A DNA stretch of 20,229 nucleotides from a virus (Duplodnaviria; Heunggongvirae; Uroviricota; Caudoviricetes). The stretch lies in IMG/VR virus record IMGVR_UViG_3300010201_000017; one strand, 5' to 3'. Below are positions 15,922 to 20,229 of this stretch, one piece after another (within the stretch, counting starts at the first letter, position 1; each line of letters opens with the position of its first letter). Position numbers and translations under genes: made by a program. The notes under the pieces are model-generated. The model worked only from the letters and a program-made list of their open reading frames with translations. It ran no database searches and was not told the origin of the DNA.

Positions 15922-17361
15922 ATGAGCCTAAAGCTTTACGACACGCTGACAAAAGCAAAACGCGAATTTACCCCGCTCGACCCGTTAAACGTTCGTATGT
16001 ATGTGTGCGGGCCTACGGTCTATGACTTCGCCCACATCGGCAACGCTCGACCTGTCATCGTTTTTGACGTGCTGTTTCGTTTGCTTCGGCACATCTACGG
16101 CGAACAGAACGTCACCTATGTCCGCAACATCACCGATGTCGATGACAAAATTAACGCGCGCGCTGCACGCGATTACCCCGGATTGCCGCTAAATGAAGCC
16201 ATCCGGAAGGTCACCGATAGAACTGAAAAGCAATTTCACGACGATGTCGATGCACTAGGCTGCCTGCGACCTTCGATAGAGCCGCGCGCCACCGAGTTTG
16301 TGGTGCCACGTGCCGATGGAAAGCTAGACATGGTGACGCTGATTAAGCGGCTCCTCGCTGGCGGCCATGCCTACGAAGCGGACGGCGAGGTTCTTTTCGA
16401 CATACAGTCCATGCCAGATTACGGCCGCCTGTCTGGTCGAACCCTCGGAGACCAATTGGCGGGGGCTAGGATCGCCGTAGAAGCCAATAAGAAGCACCCA
16501 GGGGACTTCGTGCTGTGGAAGCTGTCATCTGAGCAGGAACCCGGCTGGGAAAGCCCGTGGGGCCGTGGGCGCCCTGGTTGGCATATCGAATGCTCAGCCA
16601 TGAGTGCGGCATACCTTGGTACCGTTTTCGACATTCACGGAGGCGGACTCGACCTGATCTTCCCGCACCATGAAAACGAGATCGCCCAATCCCGTTGCGC
16701 GCACGACACCGATGTCATGGCGAACTATTGGCTTCACAACGGCTTCCTACAGGTCGAGGGACAGAAGATGTCGAAGAGCCTCGGCAACTTCATCACCATC
16801 AGGGAGCTGCTCGACACAGACCGGTTTGGCGGAAGCACGTGGCACGGAGCCGAGCTGAAACTCGCTATGCTCCGAACCCACTATCGCCAGCCAATCGACT
16901 GGACAGCCCAAGCGCTTGAAGAAGTCAGAAAGCGTCTGACAAGGTATCGCCGGACGCTGGAGAAGTTTCCGGAAGCTGCGGCTACCGAAGTGCCGACTGC
17001 TGTGTTGGCCGCATTACAGGACGACCTGAACACACCCGGCGCGTTGGCAGAACTGGACGCCATCAATCGATCGGCAAATCTGATCAACCACGACACCAGT
17101 TCGATCATTGCAGCGGCCCAGCTCAAGGCTTCTTTGCGACTGCTTGGAGTTTCAACAGATGCTGGAGCAGCGCTGACGTCCGACGAACTCTTCAGGCTCA
17201 ACGTTCAGGATCTTCTGGACCAGCGTACGGCCGCCCGGGCGAAACGAGATTGGAAGAGCTCTGATCGTATTCGGGACGTCCTGCTCGAGATGGGCGTTTC
17301 GCTCAAGGACGGCAAGGACGCTCAAGGCAATCCGATCACGACGTGGGAGTTGGGGTGCTAA
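15922..17361 (+). CDS. cysS: Cysteine--tRNA ligase, full length, 479 aa
   Basis: [18 protein letters not shown] (HIGH-type), [58 protein letters not shown]-type AL.DDLNTP and the anticodon-domain DW..SDRIRD.L. Start re-called to ATG 15922. Confidence 0.95.
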   Translation: MSLKLYDTLTKAKREFTPLDPLNVRMYVCGPTVYDFAHIGNARPVIVFDVLFRLLRHIYGEQNVTYVRNITDVDDKINARAARDYPGLPLNEAIRKVTDRTEKQFHDDVDALGCLRPSIEPRATEFVVPRADGKLDMVTLIKRLLAGGHAYEADGEVLFDIQSMPDYGRLSGRTLGDQLAGARIAVEANKKHPGDFVLWKLSSEQEPGWESPWGRGRPGWHIECSAMSAAYLGTVFDIHGGGLDLIFPHHENEIAQSRCAHDTDVMANYWLHNGFLQVEGQKMSKSLGNFITIRELLDTDRFGGSTWHGAELKLAMLRTHYRQPIDWTAQALEEVRKRLTRYRRTLEKFPEAAATEVPTAVLAALQDDLNTPGALAELDAINRSANLINHDTSSIIAAAQLKASLRLLGVSTDAGAALTSDELFRLNVQDLLDQRTAARAKRDWKSSDRIRDVLLEMGVSLKDGKDAQGNPITTWELGC

Positions 17362-17446
17362 GGATCGGCGGCGATGTCAGCCCGCGGCCGTCCTGCCGCG
17401 CGCCTCGTTATCTTTCCCGCCATCAGAGAAGAGGGCGCTCCCCTTG

Positions 17447-17484
17447 GTCTTGGTGATGCGGACGAACCCGAGCATCACCAAGAC
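17447..17484. repeat. Perfect 13-bp inverted repeat (GTCTTGGTGATGC N12 GCATCACCAAGAC) between convergent genes
   Basis: Read directly from the sequence. No U-tract on either strand. Confidence 0.7.
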
Positions 17485-17546
17485 ACCGTCTCCATCTTCA
17501 TCCTTCGTCCGGCGCTAGGTTTTCGTTTAACGAATTCCTTTTAGCG

Positions 17547-17867
17547 CTATTCGTCTTCAGCGTTCGCCGGGTCTTCAAGCGCCTGTTTCAGGGCGTCCCA
17601 ATTCTCGATGATCAGGCTACCAAGCTCATTCAAAAACTGCGTCTGCTCATGTCGATCCCCATCGTCATAACAATAGGGAAACAAAGCGATCTCCTTGGTC
17701 AGCGTTGAGAAATGTTGCCGGCGAATCTTCGGTTCGAGGATTTCAACGACACGCTGCACTTCATCAACTGACTTCAGATAGCTCTCCCACGACTGGGCAG
17801 CAGCTTCGGAGTCATGCTCGCGCCCGTCGTACGACATCCACTTCTCACGAGTAACGCGGTCAACCAT
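17547..17867 (-). CDS. Phage-type hypothetical protein, 106 aa
   Basis: W.SYDG.EH.SE.AA..WE N-terminal pattern. Last gene of a minus-strand run. Confidence 0.7.
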   Translation of the reverse strand: MVDRVTREKWMSYDGREHDSEAAAQSWESYLKSVDEVQRVVEILEPKIRRQHFSTLTKEIALFPYCYDDGDRHEQTQFLNELGSLIIENWDALKQALEDPANAEDE

Positions 17868-17923
17868 CGATCCATTCCGAACAGTTTTTGGCAGCAGTCA
17901 CGCCACCGCCTATTGATGTGGTA

Positions 17924-18088
17924 TCAAGAGTGGGAAGGGCGATATTTTCCCTTACCTGGCCGCTTCGATGAGAAGCCAGCGGTGTCACCGATCCGCCAAA
18001 GGTACGCGGTCGTATGGATGGTTCTCGGCACGTGCCGCGGCCGATAGACACCCTTCTTCGGCTTATAGCTTCCAAACATTCTGATCAC
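17924..18088 (-). CDS. Possible 54-aa basic protein (not in the ORF track)
   Basis: GAGG 6 nt before GTG 18088, 3 nt after the previous stop. MIRMFGSYKPKKGVYRPRHVPRTIHTTAYLWRIGDTAGFSSKRPGKGKYRPSHS fills the gap in the run. Confidence 0.4.
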   Translation of the reverse strand: MIRMFGSYKPKKGVYRPRHVPRTIHTTAYLWRIGDTAGFSSKRPGKGKYRPSHS

Positions 18089-18091
18089 GAT

Positions 18092-18310
18092 TCACCTCGG
18101 TGCCGTTTGCGAGTCCCATTCAGAAAGATACGGAAGCCATGGCAGACCTTCGATGTTCTCGCGCCACCCGTTTTCCGTCCAAACGGCTTCAACATAGTGC
18201 CAAGGATTGCTCGGGTTCCCCCAATCACGGCCTCGCGCTCGGATGATTTTGCCGTTCTTTTCCGCCGTTTCGATTGGCTTCCAACGTCGCGCCATATGCT
18301 TATCCATCAA
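18092..18310 (-). CDS. DUF551-like small phage protein
   Basis: WKPIETAEKNGK.I...W..W pattern (W.PI.TAPKDG type). Exact start uncertain. Confidence 0.65.
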   Translation of the reverse strand: MMDKHMARRWKPIETAEKNGKIIRARGRDWGNPSNPWHYVEAVWTENGWRENIEGLPWLPYLSEWDSQTAPR

Positions 18311-18343
18311 AAGTCAGATCGCTACGCTAGCGAGCCAGCTTGC

Positions 18344-18532
18344 TTATTCCTTGGGCTTTTCCTCAATCGAATAGGCGGTGTAGTCCGGCGTTTCATCTAC
18401 GACCAGACGAAGCCCCAAGCGACCGAGCAGATCATGAAAGAGCCTTGTCATGTCGGCAGCCGGAATTTCCTCATCCGGTTCGACGAGACGTTGCCAAGGG
18501 CTCAAGGTACCGGGTTTTCGCTGGGCGCTCAT
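18344..18532 (-). CDS. Small hypothetical protein, 62 aa
   Basis: ATG overlaps the upstream stop (ATGA). Confidence 0.65.
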   Translation of the reverse strand: MSAQRKPGTLSPWQRLVEPDEEIPAADMTRLFHDLLGRLGLRLVVDETPDYTAYSIEEKPKE

Positions 18533-18804
18533 TGAATGGTACCCGCCGAAGAAGTCCGCATTTCGATCTCGATGGCGCGAAGTGAGGCTTTGGCGGCGAT
18601 GGCGTTAACGTCGCCGCCAACCCTGAACTCCAGCGCCTTCCGAAGCCGCTCCTCGACCTCAGCACGCGTCGGAGTGCCATTCAGAAACGAGGCCTTGATA
18701 TTGGTCCACTCGTTCTCAATGACCTCGGTTTCGACGCAGAAATCGATTGCGGGATCGGGGTGATGACCGAACCTTCCAAGGTTCTCGACAGCCTGCAAAT
18801 CCAT
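18529..18804 (-). CDS. Conserved hypothetical protein, 91 aa
   Basis: GAGG 7 nt before ATG 18804. GRFGHHPDPAIDFCVE...ALEFRVGGD..A..AK pattern recalled from Rhizobiales mobile DNA. Confidence 0.7.
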   Translation of the reverse strand: MDLQAVENLGRFGHHPDPAIDFCVETEVIENEWTNIKASFLNGTPTRAEVEERLRKALEFRVGGDVNAIAAKASLRAIEIEMRTSSAGTIQ

Positions 18805-18835
18805 GTGCATACCTCATTCGTTCAGTAAAGCGATG

Positions 18836-19294
18836 TTACCATTTCGCAGGCGCACACCAATAGGCAATCCGCTCGAGCTTCGCGTCACGCCCCGGCACAT
18901 AGGGCAACACCAATTTCTCCTTCAGGAGAACGGTCCCGGCGTCGCCCGCCACGGTTTGCACGTTACCCAAGGTGCGGCCGTAGCGGTCAATTCCCGAGCG
19001 CGTGATTTCGACCTTTCCTGCACGGATCAGAGCCGCCAAGCGCTCCTTCGCGACAAGGCCAGCGGTCCGCTCAGCCTCGCACGACGGGCTGAACGTCTCC
19101 GGAGCGTCGATCTCGGTTAGGCGCACCTTTTCAGCACAATCGCGATAAGGCGTATCACAGGGGAGCGCGATGGTATCGCCATCGATGATGATAATGCGGG
19201 TTCCATCATAGGTCTCGGCCGAGGCGATCGATGTCATCAGCACCGACACAGCGAAAACAGCCACCGACGATAGGGCGCGAAAAGAACCACGCAT
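18836..19294 (-). CDS. Thermonuclease (SNase-like) family protein with signal peptide, 152 aa
   Basis: Signal peptide ending ASA. IDGDT, VRL..IDAPE and DRYGRTL carry the SNase catalytic and Ca-binding residues. GGAG RBS. Confidence 0.9.
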   Translation of the reverse strand: MRGSFRALSSVAVFAVSVLMTSIASAETYDGTRIIIIDGDTIALPCDTPYRDCAEKVRLTEIDAPETFSPSCEAERTAGLVAKERLAALIRAGKVEITRSGIDRYGRTLGNVQTVAGDAGTVLLKEKLVLPYVPGRDAKLERIAYWCAPAKW

Positions 19295-19323
19295 GCCGAA
19301 AACTCCACAGTTGATCTCGGCTC

Positions 19324-19358
19324 TATCTAGACCGCTAAAGATCTCATGTCAACAATTT
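19324..19358 (-). promoter_or_regulatory. Sigma70-type promoter with AAATTG-TTGACA motif (copy 3)
   Basis: Minus strand reads AAATTG TTGACA N17 TAGATA, about 30 nt upstream of ATG 19294. Confidence 0.6.
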
Positions 19359-19488
19359 GAGGATCGAAACCGCCCCACTTCCTCCACGAATCCTTTTGGC
19401 AGTCCGGATTCAAGCCGGCGGACGAATTCAATTTTAGGAGATGTGTTATCGTTTCCAGACTCGGCGCGGCTCTAGCAAGGATTCAACG

Positions 19489-20229
19489 ATGGAATTGAAA
19501 TCACCTCGGCGGATCGCAACGACGATCATCAGCATCTGCATAACCTCGTTGCTTGCGTACATCATATTGATCGGATCGCTGGTTTCCGCCCAAAGGCAAT
19601 TCATCTTCCCGGTTCCGAAAACAGCCATCGTGACCCCCGACATCCCAAGATTTGAAAAGACAACCATTCGCACCTCCGATGGGCTCGATCTGGTCACTTG
19701 GCACGTCGCTCCAACACCTGGGTATCCTGTGATCATCTATTTCCATGGCAATGGAGAACAGCTTTCGTCAGGCGTTGGACTCTTCAAGAAGTTCGCGGCC
19801 GCCGGTTACGGGCTGGTCGCCATCGACTACCGCGGGTATGGCGGCTCGCCTGGCACGCCAAGCGAAACTGGATTGGTTGCCGACGGCATGGCTGCTTGGG
19901 AATTCGCAACGAATATGTACGGATCCGAACGCACTGTCGTCTGGGGCTATTCGCTTGGAACAGGGGTCGCTGTCGCTGTGTCTTCGAAGCGAAACGTGGC
20001 GGCTGTTGTTCTGGAAGCTGCCTTTTCATCGGCGCTTGACGTCGCTTCCGACAAAATATGGTTCGCGCCCATTCAATTCATGATGATCGACCGCTTCCAC
20101 TCCGATCATAACATCTCAACCGTCAGGGCACCGATCCTCTTTATGCATGGTGACGAAGACGAGACGATCCCGATGAAGTTTGGCAAGCGCCTATTCGAAC
20201 TAGCGAACGAACCAAAAACGTTCGAAACG
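19489..20229 (+). CDS. Membrane-anchored alpha/beta hydrolase (ABHD/Bem46-like), 3'-partial, absent from the ORF track
   Basis: Hand translation from ATG 19489 (AAGGA RBS): N-terminal hydrophobic anchor, IYFHGNG, IDYRGYGGS.G.PSE.GL..D, nucleophile GYSLG, HGDEDETIP. The frame stays open to the window edge. Confidence 0.9.
   Translation, partial: MELKSPRRIATTIISICITSLLAYIILIGSLVSAQRQFIFPVPKTAIVTPDIPRFEKTTIRTSDGLDLVTWHVAPTPGYPVIIYFHGNGEQLSSGVGLFKKFAAAGYGLVAIDYRGYGGSPGTPSETGLVADGMAAWEFATNMYGSERTVVWGYSLGTGVAVAVSSKRNVAAVVLEAAFSSALDVASDKIWFAPIQFMMIDRFHSDHNISTVRAPILFMHGDEDETIPMKFGKRLFELANEPKTFET

Larger units (their letters stand above)
1..20229. mobile_element. Segment of a large accessory element (probable Dot/Icm-type megaplasmid, ICE or phage-like region) in an alphaproteobacterium
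   Basis: Dense runs of small phage/plasmid-type hypothetical ORFs, type IVB coupling-complex homologs, a thermonuclease, a DUF551-like gene, and housekeeping-type genes outside any core operon. No boundary, integrase, rep or capsid gene lies inside the window, so the element class is inferred. Confidence 0.6.

Noticed and set aside
17860-18075. 71-aa ORF-track call
   Set aside because: TTG start without an RBS. The alternative frame 17924-18088 has the RBS and operon spacing.
19446-20083. Several short ORF-track calls
   Set aside because: All are shadows of the alpha/beta hydrolase from 19489, which the track missed because it has no stop inside the window.
1-20229. tRNA, rRNA, CRISPR array, IS/transposase, and LexA boxes (GAAC-N7-GAAC / GTTC-N7-GTTC)
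   Set aside because: None recognised by eye. The GAAC pairs I found had 8- or 10-nt spacers. This was not a computational scan.

Overview
Accessory, non-core DNA from an alphaproteobacterium; the ornithine decarboxylase, CysRS and speF-type leader look Rhizobiales-like. The most likely source is a large plasmid, ICE or phage-like element carrying type IVB (Dot/Icm-like) genes, but no replication, integrase or virion gene is present to settle this. Most notable features: (1) a translationally coupled dotN-like/dotL/dotM-like operon (4701->1777, minus strand) in which DotL and DotM both lack their N-terminal membrane anchors and no other secretion gene is nearby; (2) a three-gene operon with two tandem paralogous HExxH zincin-like proteins (10942->7894); (3) an identical 11-mer, AATTGTTGACA, at the -35 position of three separate gene runs; (4) host-like housekeeping genes in accessory context: CobB sirtuin, ornithine decarboxylase with its speF-like leader RNA, full-length cysS, and an alpha/beta hydrolase running off the right edge; (5) many small phage/plasmid-type ORFs, including a minimal Cys-His-Asp transglutaminase-like protein, a DUF551-like protein and an exported thermonuclease. 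I saw no tRNA, rRNA, CRISPR array or IS. Family assignments come from motif recognition and recalled reference sequences, not database searches. Several starts were re-called from RBS evidence.
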